Notes: generated from the sequence alone by a model not told the origin. A DNA stretch of 64,000 bases from Trypanosoma brucei (GCA_000002445.1 CP000066.1:1536001-1600000); one strand, 5' to 3'. Numbered from the stretch's first letter, positions 50,000-61,707 are shown. Program-made: numbers and translations.

Positions 50000-51472
50000 A
50001 TGCGCATTGGGAAGTATTGCGTCGTTTTTCTGCTAGTGTGGACGCAAGCAACCAAGAGAAGCGTGGGAAAACCCACAAATATTATAAATCAGGAAGAATT
50101 TAAAGCATTATGTGCTTTCGTGAATTTGGCGAATGAATCGGTAGACTACGCAGGTCTCGAAGCCGAAATCAGGGACGCGGCAGCAGATATCGGGGCTATT
50201 TTTCTTGCGTCGCAGCAAGAAAGCATTTCGAAATTGAGGGAGCAAATTGAGATCTGGCGCGAGGTTGAAGCAACCAATAACGGAGGGAACAACCGAGGCA
50301 TTAAAAAGTGGAGTGTTTGGGAGGAAGCGAGAAGAAAGCTAATAGATGAAGGCGGAACAAAATATGTGCAATGGGTTGAATTGGGCTTGAGTGATGCTGA
50401 GAAGCAGAAGATAGAGGAAGCTATGGATGAGACAGTCAAATGCATGGCGGAGGAGAACGGCTTGTGGGACACTTTGCGGGAAATGCCAGTAAAAGGAAGT
50501 ATAACAAAAGCAATATTCGGATCCAGGGAAAGGCAAGTGCAGATTATGAAAGGACGCGGTAGCCGCGAAACCGCTTGTGGCAGGGGATTATTCCCTGGAG
50601 ACTGGGCGGGCACGGCATTGAGCGCTGACTTACTGTGCCTGTGCGCCGCTACGGAACGCAGGGCCGCCACCAACGAGGGTTGCTGCACAGGATGCGAGAC
50701 AGGGGGAAATGGCGTTGCTTGGGATCCAAGGGTGCATAGTGAGGAGAGGTGGAATTTGCTTAGAAGTAAATGTGAAAAGGTCAGCAGCGGTACTCCCCTT
50801 TCAAGTCGAGCGCTGTCGGTTGCGGAGAGTACATTTTTCAACCAACTGAAGATCTCAAAAGGGTCAACATCAGGAAGACCAACGCTACTGGGTAAATTTG
50901 GAACTAGCTTTTCCGTGGGTTGTACCGGGGAAATCACCGAGAAAGAGGGACGTTGCGTTCGGTATAGCCACAGCCATGTTGACAGAAATAATCCAGCGCT
51001 ACCCTGGCTTACAAACTTAAGGGAGGCGGCAAATGCAGTAGATCAGTTGAATGCAGTTGATACAAAGCTCAAACATCTACGCGTTGGTATAGCCACCTTC
51101 CACACGAAGCATGTTGATTTTAAATCGCGTGAAAAAGGAAACGGCGGCGACCCTATTCTGGGAAGCGGTGGCGTAGAGGGTGAAGTTAACACCAATGAGT
51201 CAACGAAGGCGAACACAAACGATGGTAGAGCAAAAAAGGCTGGTGAAAGCAAAAGAACACCTGTCGACAACATTTCACATAAATGCGAAGGTTATAGGCA
51301 GGGAAAAACATGCAAAAGTCGAAAAGTGGAAACGGAATGTGACTGGGAGGAGGGTACATGCGTTGGCTCTGCCAGTGAGCCAGTCACTTCGCCTCTGAGG
51401 CAAAGACCACCTACTTCAGGGAAGGTAAACTCCATTAGATGCTCACTGAGTTTGTTTTTAATACTATTATAG
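50000..51472 (+). CDS. VSG-like (variant surface glycoprotein or VSG-related) gene, 490 aa, apparently intact.
   Basis: A signal peptide 'MRIGKYCVVFLLVWTQATKRSVG' is present. The N-terminal domain has the 'ALCAFVNLA' motif and a B-type-like Cys cluster 'LLCLCAATERRAATNEGCCTGCETGG'. The C-terminal domain has four Cys ('CEGYRQGKTCKSRKVETECDWEEGTCVGS'), resembling VSG C-terminal domains of the 'CKWEG-TCKDS' type. A hydrophobic tail 'IRCSLSLFLILL' is compatible with a GPI signal. The size is typical for a VSG. I could not find the canonical VSG 3'UTR 16-mer (TGATATATTTTAACAC) downstream. Confidence 0.55.
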   Translation: MRIGKYCVVFLLVWTQATKRSVGKPTNIINQEEFKALCAFVNLANESVDYAGLEAEIRDAAADIGAIFLASQQESISKLREQIEIWREVEATNNGGNNRGIKKWSVWEEARRKLIDEGGTKYVQWVELGLSDAEKQKIEEAMDETVKCMAEENGLWDTLREMPVKGSITKAIFGSRERQVQIMKGRGSRETACGRGLFPGDWAGTALSADLLCLCAATERRAATNEGCCTGCETGGNGVAWDPRVHSEERWNLLRSKCEKVSSGTPLSSRALSVAESTFFNQLKISKGSTSGRPTLLGKFGTSFSVGCTGEITEKEGRCVRYSHSHVDRNNPALPWLTNLREAANAVDQLNAVDTKLKHLRVGIATFHTKHVDFKSREKGNGGDPILGSGGVEGEVNTNESTKANTNDGRAKKAGESKRTPVDNISHKCEGYRQGKTCKSRKVETECDWEEGTCVGSASEPVTSPLRQRPPTSGKVNSIRCSLSLFLILL

Positions 51473-54400
51473 TCATCGTGAGCGAAACCATTATTAAGAA
51501 TGGTTTAGGTTATAAAATGGTTTAGCTAACTATTTTATTCGATCTACAGGGGGAGATATGTGTTCTTACTTTATTATGTAGGACTGCTTTTGGTGGTTAT
51601 CATGATTATGTTCTTTCAGTATGTAGGCTGCCGCTGGAACCCACACATTTAAGCTGATCATGCCTCCTATGGAAGGTTTTATGGGGGTAAAATACAGGGT
51701 GTTGTGGACTAGTTTTACCTCGAAAGGGGAATGTACATCAAGAATCCGGGGGCTGTCCTTCATATCTATTTGCTCCCTGTGTGCAACTCGTTTGCTGTGA
51801 AGAAGAGTGGGGCGTTTATTCACTATTTTGTTTTTTTCTTTGCGACAACGTACTCCGAGTACTAAGGATGGACATCCACTGAGAAGTTATACGCTGGCTG
51901 GTATATGCTTTTGGTGGAGTCTATGTATACCTTGGCGCATAGAGATGGCGAAGTTGGGAAGGTGAGCGCGTTGTGTTGTCTTTGGTAAGCTAGTATACTG
52001 CTGTAAAGCGAGTTTTAATGACGGGGGAGTATTTACGGTGCGGGTATTATGTTGCTTGGATTGCATTCTTAGGAAAATTTGGACGGAGAAGTGTTCAGTT
52101 GGGAAGATTATTACCACGAAATGGAGTGGCATTCGCGAGTGTGTGCAGGAAAATATATCCTCGTAGAAAGTGTGCTGATGGGACAGTACATTTTCGTGGG
52201 GAATATAAGGCTCTTTACCACAGTATTTTTGTTGCGGGGATAACTGGTTACTCACTGGCACCAAGTGCCGCCAATCTCAAGCTCATGTCGTTGTTGGTGT
52301 TGCCTCTTTCAGTGAGAGGCAACGGCACAGACGAAGGTACATCAGCGGGTAGTGTTGCACAGCGCATAGGTTAAGGGGAATTCATTTCGGTAAGGAATTC
52401 CGCTAAACACCGGCAGCTCGAAAATTACGCACCGCTAAAGTGATAGTTGAAGCTTCAACCGCCTAAAGTTACCGTTGGAAAACAAAAATGCAATATGTGC
52501 AACAGAGGTCTTGTTTGCACATGGAAATGGGCCTGTCTTACCGTTGAACTTTCCGGCGATTTTGGAGTCACACGGCTGCCAGCCCGTCAGGTGTGCAACC
52601 AAAAGGCAACCTCACTCTGAAGAATCCCACTGCCGCATTTGCAGGTGGTAAAACTGCAATGGATAGCGGTACGGAACCGACTTCAGAAGAACGAACTGCG
52701 AGGCATAACAGCGGGGGAACGGGCACCAAGGGAGAAAGAAGCAAGGTGGTTTTCCGTGCCGCAGGGTATGTCGCTCCAGGGAAACAGGTATCTAGTTCGA
52801 CTCCTGCAAACTCTCTTAACAGCGGCGCTTGTTCCTCGCCCCATATCACCACTGACCGAGGAGCAAGCATTTTCCACTCCTCATCATACCCAATCTATCA
52901 TACAACGAATCCGATTGTTATGTCCTTTTTATACCATATAAATATATCTTCTCTTTCAAAGCAGTAAAGTGCTGGAGGAGGTCAATACGGAAACATTTAT
53001 AATTATAAAAATTGTTTCTACGAATCATTTTTCTAGAGGAAGTGCATAGAGATGCCAAATTACCCTAACCCGAACCAATTGAAGAATGTTTGAATGTGCT
53101 GAAGCACTCTCTCAAAAGATGGAAGAGGAGGTACGACATTGCCCAAATAATACAACTCCGTGTTGAAAGTAGTGAATTGAAGTACAGGCACGGATCAACA
53201 TTAGCTCGCATCAGTTTTCACGCTACAAACTAAGTCTTTTAATTGGGTTAGTGCAGCAGCCGAGATAAGCGCTGAGGTTATCAACTTGATGGAAGTAGTG
53301 TCTGTCACAAACAAACCTTCGAGGTGCGGAGCAGAGGTCTTATCGGCACGTATATTACAAATTTCGGGGAGAAAGGCTTAGGGAAAAGTAAGATTATCGT
53401 ACAAACACCCGTCAGTTGGGGGTTCGTCAAGAAAATATAAGTCAGATAGATTATAAATTAGGAATCGGGATGTATACATTTTTTTACATGATAAATTTTG
53501 GAGCAGCGGAAGTAAAGGTTTCCATGGGTAGAAGATGGGGATGTGCACGGCTAAGGTGTTGGTGTTTTTGATACTGGCATCCAGGTAGCAAGTGTAAAGG
53601 GTGCTAATTGTGATGAGTTGAAGATTCTTCGTGGTTTCCTGAGGCCTGTTTGGGGGTATTTAAATGTGGTTGACGAAGGAAGCAAGGAACGCGTTACAGG
53701 CACTTGAAACCAAGGAATCGAGTCCTTACTGGGGCGATATCCCATGGCACCGATAGGTTGTAGAACAGAAAGCACACATTCAATCAGCGACGAATGCAGC
53801 ATTTGTTCCGTGTGCGAGGAAAAAGTGAGCAACGTACTTAAAATAAACCCCGAAAACCCTTTGTCAACACCCAGGACAAAGCAAAGCGACTTGAGCAACC
53901 ACAAAGAATTGACGAATTTGGTCGAACAAGCCTCTGAGCTGTACATGAAAAACTCACTGAAAGTCAGAGTGACGGCAGAAGATTTTCAAAAGGATGCAGA
54001 GGAAATACTCTACGGTATAGAAGACAAAAAAAAGTCCAAAAGGTATGGAACTAAGAAGGGAGCAGGCTTGCGGTAAAGAAGTATCAAGCTGAAACAACTA
54101 CTTTCGGCGTGCGCTAACTATAGACCTGATGTGCTTGTGCTTTCCCCCAGAACTACCTTTAGCTGCCGCGTTGTGTTGCGATAGGTGCAACATGGAACCA
54201 AACACCGCGACCTGGGACGTAGAAACCTCCACCAAGATAACCGATTTTATGATCGAAAAATGTGGAGATTGCCCGCTTCCATAAGTGAGTTTTGTGAAAA
54301 CTATGAAGAAAAACTTCGTGAAGCTAAATGATCTCGGAAAGTTTAGGAAGAAATCCAGAGGAAAGGCTTTCTGTGCTGTAGGTTGGGACAATAGGGAAGA

Positions 54401-56951
54401 TATGCAGAGTTGCTCGGGAAGAACAAAGTCGGCAACCTGTGCGCAGTACAACACAAGCGAAGGAGGTCTTGCCTGGGGAGAGGTGTCTTAGCTAAAAAAA
54501 AAAACTAATGAAGTTACAAAATCAATTGCGAGATTTAAGACAATATGGAACTCAACGGAAAATGCAAGAGGCAACAACTAAACTGGAAAGGCAGATTGAT
54601 ACTTTTTCGAACAGGGAGGTTGACGAGGAACTGGAGCACATTCAACTGGTACAAAAACATGAGCCACCCGCAAAGCATCAGCATCCGTCTCCACGCGTGG
54701 AAGCAACGGAAGGTAATGACAAACAAGTCATGACCGAAAACTTAAACAGCAAGCCTAACGATAGAGTTAGGGCACATGCTGCGGAAGGAAACTCGGGGAA
54801 TCCTGTCTTGCAACAGGGAAATGAGTCCAAAGAAATCCCACATCAGCCACAGCGACCAAAAAGCGGCACCCAAATTGTTCCGCCTCTTAAGGTTCTTTTG
54901 CTTTTCCTGTAGAACAATACACAGGTTTTTATGTTCATAGTGATAACAGTTTGAACAACCAAATTCTCTACGGAATTCCGGAAGCTGACTTTCGATTGGA
55001 ACCACTATCCTATTTCCCCTTTCTGGAAAAGAACTACTGGTAACGAACAGAGCACACTCAGGCTCTACAGGATCAAACTCACTGGGAAAACTATTGTCAC
55101 TAAGGGTGAAAAAAAAAAATCGTGGAGCACCATCAGTGTACCTAATGGTTTCATTTGAGTGGCAAATAAATAAAATCAAAACATGAAGGAATGGGAAAGT
55201 AGTTCATTTCGGCGGAGTACGCAGAAGGTGCGAGGCTGTTGCGCTGTTAAAATAATATCTGAAACTCCACCAGAGTAGGCAACACTCGTCTTGAGAGAAA
55301 AATAACGGACATGTCACAAAAACAAATGAAAATTTCAGTCTATTGCCTATTAATCTTTTTATGATGGGTTGAATGTGAAACTACCGTAGATTTTTTCGTT
55401 CTGACTGACTGTAGGAGACAAAAGCACTTCAAATGCGCTCTCCGGCAATAACGGCCAGCGACGAGGTGAAGTGGAAGCTACAGTGAGTGACAGGTGCGTG
55501 AGAAGCGTTAACGTAAATGCCTTCGTTCACCTGTGTACAAAATGTTAAAACGTGACAAAGGAAGCGACCTCAGAAAAATACGTAAAAGTCGCGAGAACAT
55601 ATGGATCGACAAGGCAAAAAAAAACAATCGCTCAAATCCGAGATGGTGGAGGAGAGATCGAGTATTATATCGATAAAAACCACATCAGCGGTGCACACCA
55701 AAATAACGAGTGAAAGGCACACGTGAGCACAAAAGTGCGCGAGATCTAACCTAATTTAGCGGATAACCGCAGTGCTACTGCGAAAAGTAAAAGGGGACAC
55801 CTCACACCAAGAAAACAACTGTGTGTTTCGTGCAAGTTTAGAAGGGAAAATGGTAAGACCGTGACACAAAGGATCAGAGAAGTTTTCACAGTATTTTTAA
55901 AAATATGCACTCACAAAAGCTGCCGCACAAATCAGTGAGTTGCACCATAAAACCTCAAAAATATCCGCCGATAACACAACCGTGCGGTTAACCACCCGTA
56001 AGAAACAATGGACTGTGTCGCACCGGCGAAAAGGAGGTAAACAAGTTCAGAAATATGAAAAAAAAAAAGTGTATGTGACGTGCGACTGTTACATCCCTTA
56101 CAGAAGAATCAATACCCGTGACTACATTATGAACCCGGAAGTTGTATTAAGCGTCAGCCGGACGACTAAACCAGGGTGTGGCATGCATCACTAACCACAC
56201 ACGCATAAACACAAAGGGAAAGATTGCAAAATTATATCACAAGCCCCAAGGAAACACTCGAATACCATTGATCAACCAAAAACGAAGGAATGTCTAATAA
56301 CATGCAGACAGCCTTCACCAGATGGGATGTTGAATGCAGAGAGCGTTGGTTGGGAGTATATGGCATGAAAATCGTACGGACGAGAAGCAATCAAAAGTTA
56401 AATGTCACCCTTGGTGGTTCGGACAAACAGTAGTTAAGAAGTGGTAACAAGCACAAAGCGCAAAGAACAAAAGGAAGGGAGAATGATGCCAAAAAGTGAA
56501 GATGACGACCGCCGCTGAAGAGCGTGTGTATGTGACCTACAACCGGAGAAAAAAAAGGAGTCTAGCAAAAAAAAAAACGCAGCAGAGGATGCCGAGTCGA
56601 GCTAAGTTAAGGAGGGGGAAATAAAACTTGAAGCCAAAAGTACAAACCCGGAGAAGAGTAAATGTTCCCACACACTACCGGGTGATCGATCCGGAGTTAG
56701 CACCTAATTTCCGCTAACTCTTTCTCAAGTTATTACCATATTTTTACGAATATCGTTGTTTTAGCTTGCGAAAATTGTCCCGAAAGTCATCACTAGAACA
56801 AGAGTATTTTCCAGCTGCAACACCCCAAACTGTTGAGAAAAAAAAAGTTGCACCGTCTCACTTATAATAAAAAAATATCAAAAAATATATTGGAATTCAA
56901 TCAAGAACACCACTTTTCTTCTATTTATGTTTCCTTTTAAGAAGAGGAGCG

Positions 56952-57944
56952 ATGGAGAACAAATATTTAGTGTGGTGCATGTTTTTTTGTTTAACGGTTG
57001 TGGGGGGCAAAGCTAATGCAGTGAAAACAACGCTAAAGAAAGAAACGAATTGCCACACAACTGTTAAAGCACTGTTCAACAAACGTGAAAACTGTCATGA
57101 TCTGGCCTCCGATGCAACGAAAATAAATGAGGATGTTGACATCGGAACAGATGCAGATAGATGGACTGCTTGCACATGGTTAGAATATGATAAGAGGCGT
57201 ACGGAGACACAATGCATATTGAGGTTTAACAACACATATGGAGAGAAATTAGTATGCACCTACGAAACAAAGGGCAATCGCCAAGACCTAAGTTGCAAAC
57301 CAGAGGGTCGTTGCGAAGACGCTCGCGAGCGGTACCTTTTAGGGGAAGAAGGATGTCCGAAGCCTGCACCACGTGAAGAACCAAAAAGAAACAAAACCGA
57401 AAGGTGTCTTGATGAGGTTTATGGGTCATTCAGCGGTGACCAGGAGTGTGCGAAACTTAAAATAGGAAGCGAGGTCGCCGAGCAAATTATATTCAGGGAG
57501 AACGGAGATGACAAAACACCAGAATGTATAGAAGCAAGTGGCCCCCCAGAGTCGAAAGTGGTTGGAGAAGCATGCGTAATAAAGTTGCGAACCGAGCCAC
57601 ACCCATCAGAATATATTTGCAAAATGGAGGGTTCTGGTGAGGAAAGGAAAATAAAATGCACAAGAGAAACATCGAAAACAGTTCCTCAACCTACGACCAC
57701 AAGGAAGAGACGAGGCAGTACTGGATCCATGCGCAAAAGAAGTGACGACGGTGGTAACACTGAGGTCACCCTGAAAGAAGATAAAGACAAAACACAAGAT
57801 GAGGATGAAGGCCAAAAAGAAGAAAGAAAAGAAGAAAGCGGTGAAGAAACTGGTACAGCAAAAGCTCGAATCAAAAGCAAAACTTATTGGAAATCAAATA
57901 ATCCTATTATCATGCTTTTAACACTTTCGTTATTGTTGCTTTAA
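56952..57944 (+). CDS. Cys-rich surface protein with a signal peptide and a C-terminal GPI-anchor-like signal. It is the divergent first member (330 aa) of the tandem family that follows.
   Basis: It is about 45-50% identical to the downstream copies. Conserved blocks are 'TQCILRFNNTYGEKLVCTYETKGNRQDLSC' (versus 'TQCILKFENAEGNRIACTYETEGGQGNVSC') and 'PESKVVGEACVIKLRTEPHPSEYICKMEGSGEERKIKC'. The C-terminus 'WKSNNPIIMLLTLSLLLL' is identical. Confidence 0.7.
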   Translation: MENKYLVWCMFFCLTVVGGKANAVKTTLKKETNCHTTVKALFNKRENCHDLASDATKINEDVDIGTDADRWTACTWLEYDKRRTETQCILRFNNTYGEKLVCTYETKGNRQDLSCKPEGRCEDARERYLLGEEGCPKPAPREEPKRNKTERCLDEVYGSFSGDQECAKLKIGSEVAEQIIFRENGDDKTPECIEASGPPESKVVGEACVIKLRTEPHPSEYICKMEGSGEERKIKCTRETSKTVPQPTTTRKRRGSTGSMRKRSDDGGNTEVTLKEDKDKTQDEDEGQKEERKEESGEETGTAKARIKSKTYWKSNNPIIMLLTLSLLLL

Positions 57945-58767
57945 TACTGTTTAATAATAAACGGTAATGTAAACTGTTTGGAAGAAAGTATGCTTTTAAC
58001 GGAGAAGGGAAGTGAGTGTATCAAAACATTTTTCTTGTAAGACATACATTAAGGGAACATTTTTATGTTTTTTTTTTGTCACGCGTCACTGCTGTAAAAA
58101 AAACTTCTTGCGCTCAAGTTGTATCGAAAGTATTGAATTTTCAACGATGTTGTTCGGTGGGGAAGGTAAGGGGAATAGGATATATAGTTGTGTCGGGGAC
58201 GGCGTTCTGTTTGTTGAAAGGGGTAAAGAGAGGAAAAAACCCTACACCGGGTGAAAGTAACTGACTGATGAAGTTCGTTTGGATCGATAGACAAGTGGAA
58301 CTCGCCGCAAAAAGGTTGTAACAGCATTTAACCGGCACATGCGGCTTAGCGTTTTAGGTTGAGAAATGCACGTATAAAGGCACGGATGCTCAGGAAATAC
58401 CCTTATTTCTGATAACATAATTGGACGCTAAGCTAGAGAAGGCACAACACCAGATTCGAGAATACAACAGAAAAATGACGGGCGATGGCACCGACGAAGA
58501 GGAACAATTGAAGCGGGTCGCTGAAATCGATAACATCAATGCCCACGGCAGCCTCCTCTCGACGCGCGGACAAAACAAGAAAAAAAAATGCAGCTTCAGA
58601 AAAAAAAAAAAATGTTTCTTTGGGAAACCACTTGAAACTGTTGAGGAAAAGAGGGTTTGCCACGCCCAGCCGCTAATGATAATGTGAAATGGAAATTTAC
58701 AGTATCCATTTAACCTACAATATCATGATTCCTACACCTTTATCATTCTTCCTTTAGCGAAAACAAA

Positions 58768-59829
58768 ATGAGGAAACAACATGTCATATACTACGTATTT
58801 TTCTGCTTAGGAGCCATAGGAAGCAGAGGAGAGACAGAACCAATAACAATACAAAAAGGAACGGAGTGCCACAAAGCATTGGAAACAGCGTTCACCACGC
58901 CCAAAAACTGTGAGAATGTAAGCACAGCGATAAGCGAAATGCCTGAAAATGTTAGCATTGAAACATTCCCGGGGGCATGGACCGTGTGTCAATTCATGGA
59001 AAACGAAAAAGAAAGCACAGTCACGCAATGCATTTTGAAGTTCGAAAACGCAGAGGGAAATCGAATAGCGTGCACCTACGAAACCGAGGGCGGACAAGGA
59101 AACGTAAGCTGCACACAGGAAGTGGATGCTCCGGTGGCTTATCATCCATACTGTGAGGGAGCCGAATACGATTATACTTATCATGACGAAAGCCACGGTC
59201 ATGGGAGCGGGGGCTATGAGCGGCGTTGTCCCGAGCCGGGTCCACGTCCTGCGCCACTGAATGAAGAAGCTCACAGGTGTGTTGCCGACGTCCTTGTTGC
59301 ATTTGGTGGTCACCATGAATGTGCAAAACTCTACGGCACAGATCCGGCACTCGATCCTGAAGATGTCATCTTCGGCGAGAAAGGAGATGACAAACCAAAA
59401 TGCACGGAGGCAGATCGACCCGAGGTGTCCACATTGGTTGGAGAAGCATGCGAGGTAAAATTGCGGACCAAACCAGAACCAGACGAATACTTGTGTAAGG
59501 TAGAAACCTCTAACGGTAAAAGAAAAATAAAGTGTACCCCCAAAACACCAAAAACAATTCCTCAACAAGCGGACACAGTAAAGAAACCAGATACCACTGA
59601 ATCCATGCAGAAAAAAGCTGACGATGGTGGTAAAACTGAGGTAACACCAGAAGTAAAAGATGGGCAAAAAGATGAAAAGGGTGGGAAAGAAAGGCAAGAA
59701 AAGCAAAAAATGGAAAATAATACTGGAAAAAGCAATGAAGCAGCGACAAACACTAAAACGCAGGCTTCTTCTTGGAAATCAAATAATCCTATTATCATGT
59801 TTTTAACACTTTCTTTATTGTTGCTTTAG
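58768..59829 (+). CDS. Cys-rich, probably GPI-anchored surface protein, 353 aa (tandem copy 2).
   Basis: A signal peptide 'MRKQHVIYYVFFCLGAIGSRG' is followed by two internally homologous Cys modules. Module A ends 'TQCILKFENAEGNRIACTYETEGGQGNVSC', and module B ends 'EACEVKLRTKPEPDEYLCKVETSNGKRKIKC'. A Lys/Glu/Thr-rich stalk and a hydrophobic tail 'SWKSNNPIIMFLTLSLLLL' follow. N-glycosylation sequons are NVS x2 and NNT. Confidence 0.75.
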   Translation: MRKQHVIYYVFFCLGAIGSRGETEPITIQKGTECHKALETAFTTPKNCENVSTAISEMPENVSIETFPGAWTVCQFMENEKESTVTQCILKFENAEGNRIACTYETEGGQGNVSCTQEVDAPVAYHPYCEGAEYDYTYHDESHGHGSGGYERRCPEPGPRPAPLNEEAHRCVADVLVAFGGHHECAKLYGTDPALDPEDVIFGEKGDDKPKCTEADRPEVSTLVGEACEVKLRTKPEPDEYLCKVETSNGKRKIKCTPKTPKTIPQQADTVKKPDTTESMQKKADDGGKTEVTPEVKDGQKDEKGGKERQEKQKMENNTGKSNEAATNTKTQASSWKSNNPIIMFLTLSLLLL

Positions 59830-60645
59830 TATCATTTAATAAACGGTAATGTAGACTGTTTTGAAGAAAGTATGCTTTTAACGGAGAAGGGAAGTGAGTG
59901 TATCAAAACATTTTTCTTGACAGACGTACATTAAGGGAACATTTTTATTGTTTACTTGCCATATTGCACTGCTAAAAAACTTCTCGTGCTGGAGTTGCGT
60001 GCGAAGTATTAGATTTCTTCACCGATTCTTTTTTGTAGCGAAGGTAAGGGGAATAGGATATGTAGTTGTGTCGGGGACGGCGTTCTGTTTGTTGAAAGGG
60101 ATAGCAGGAAGAGAAAACTCTACCCCGGGTGAAAGCAACTGACTTGTGCAGTTCGTTCGGATCGATAGACAGGTGGAAATCGCCGCAAAAAGGTTGTAAC
60201 AGCATTTGATCGGCACATGTGGTGTAGCGTTTTGGGTTGAGAAATGCACGCATAAAGGCACGGATGCTCAGGAAATACCCTTATTTCTGATAACATAATT
60301 GGACGCTAAGCTAGAGAAGGCACAACACCAGATTCGAGAATACAACAGAAAAATGACGGGCGATGGCACCGACGAAGAGGAACAATTGAAGCGGGTCGCT
60401 GAAATCGATAACATCAATGCCCACGGCAGCCTCCTCTCGACGCGCGGACAAAACAAGAAAAAAAAATGCAGCTTCAGAAAAAAAAAAAAATGTTTCTTTG
60501 GGAAACCACTTGAAACTGTTGAGGAAAAGAGGGTTTGCCACGCCCAGCCGCTAATGATAATGTGAAATGGAAATTTACAGTATCCATTTAACCTACAATA
60601 TCATGATTCCTACACCTTTATCATTCTTCCTTTAGCGAAAACAAA

Positions 60646-61707
60646 ATGAGGAAACAACATGTCATATACTACGTATTTTTCTGCTTAGGAGCCATAGGAA
60701 GCAGAGGAGAGACAGAACCAATAACAATACAAAAAGGAACGGAGTGCCACAAAGCATTGGAAACAGCGTTCACCACGCCCAAAAACTGTGAGAATGTAAG
60801 CACAGCGATAAGCGAAATGCCTGAAAATGTTAGCATTGAAACATTCCCGGGGGCATGGACCGTGTGCCAATTCATGGAAAACGAAAAAGAAAGCACAGTC
60901 ACGCAATGCATTTTGAAGTTCGAAAACGCAGAGGGAAATCGAATAGCGTGCACCTACGAAACCGAGGGCGGACAAGGAAACGTAAGCTGCACACAGGAAG
61001 TGGATGCTCCGGTGGCTTATCATCCATACTGTGAGGGAGCCGAATACGATTATACTTATCATGACGAAAGCCACGGTCATGGGAGCGGGGGCTATGAGCG
61101 GCGTTGTCCCGAGCCGGGTCCACGTCCTGCGCCACTGAATGAAGAAGCTCACAGGTGTGTTGCCGACGTCCTTGTTGCATTTGGTGGTCACCATGAATGT
61201 GCAAAACTCTACGGCACAGATCCGGCACTCGATCCTGAAGATGTCATCTTCGGCGAGAAAGGAGATGACAAACCAAAATGCACGGAGGCAGATCGACCCG
61301 AGGTGTCCACATTGGTTGGAGAAGCATGCGAGGTAAAATTGCGGACCAAACCAGAACCAGACGAATACTTGTGTAAGGTAGAAACCTCTAACGGTAAAAG
61401 AAAAATAAAGTGTACCCCCAAAACACCAAAAACAATTCCTCAACAAGCGGACACAGTAAAGAAACCAGATACCACTGAATCCATGCAGAAAAAAGCTGAC
61501 GATGGTGGTAAAACTGAGGTAACACCAGAAGTAAAAGATGGGCAAAAAGATGAAAAGGGTGGGAAAGAAAGGCAAGAAAAGCAAAAAATGGAAAATAATA
61601 CTGGAAAAAGCAATGAAGCAGCGACAAACACTAAAACGCAGGCTTCTTCTTGGAAATCAAATAATCCTATTATCATGTTTTTAACACTTTCTTTATTGTT
61701 GCTTTAG
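60646..61707 (+). CDS. Cys-rich, probably GPI-anchored surface protein, 353 aa (tandem copy 3, identical to copy 2).
   Basis: The protein is identical to the 58768-59829 product. The complete 1878-bp unit, 5' and 3' flanks included, appears identical at the nucleotide level. Confidence 0.75.
   Translation: MRKQHVIYYVFFCLGAIGSRGETEPITIQKGTECHKALETAFTTPKNCENVSTAISEMPENVSIETFPGAWTVCQFMENEKESTVTQCILKFENAEGNRIACTYETEGGQGNVSCTQEVDAPVAYHPYCEGAEYDYTYHDESHGHGSGGYERRCPEPGPRPAPLNEEAHRCVADVLVAFGGHHECAKLYGTDPALDPEDVIFGEKGDDKPKCTEADRPEVSTLVGEACEVKLRTKPEPDEYLCKVETSNGKRKIKCTPKTPKTIPQQADTVKKPDTTESMQKKADDGGKTEVTPEVKDGQKDEKGGKERQEKQKMENNTGKSNEAATNTKTQASSWKSNNPIIMFLTLSLLLL

Noticed and set aside
58421-58687. 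An 88-aa ORF ('MDAKLEKAQHQIREYNRK...') that recurs upstream of each surface-gene copy (also at 60299-60565, with a variant at 62177-62377).
   Set aside because: Its conservation is explained entirely by the tandem duplication of the whole unit. The product is partly translated from oligo(A) runs (KKKK). In the copy 4 unit an indel changes the frame and content without consequence for the downstream gene. It is more likely a 5'UTR or spacer than a uORF-encoded protein, though a regulatory uORF cannot be excluded.
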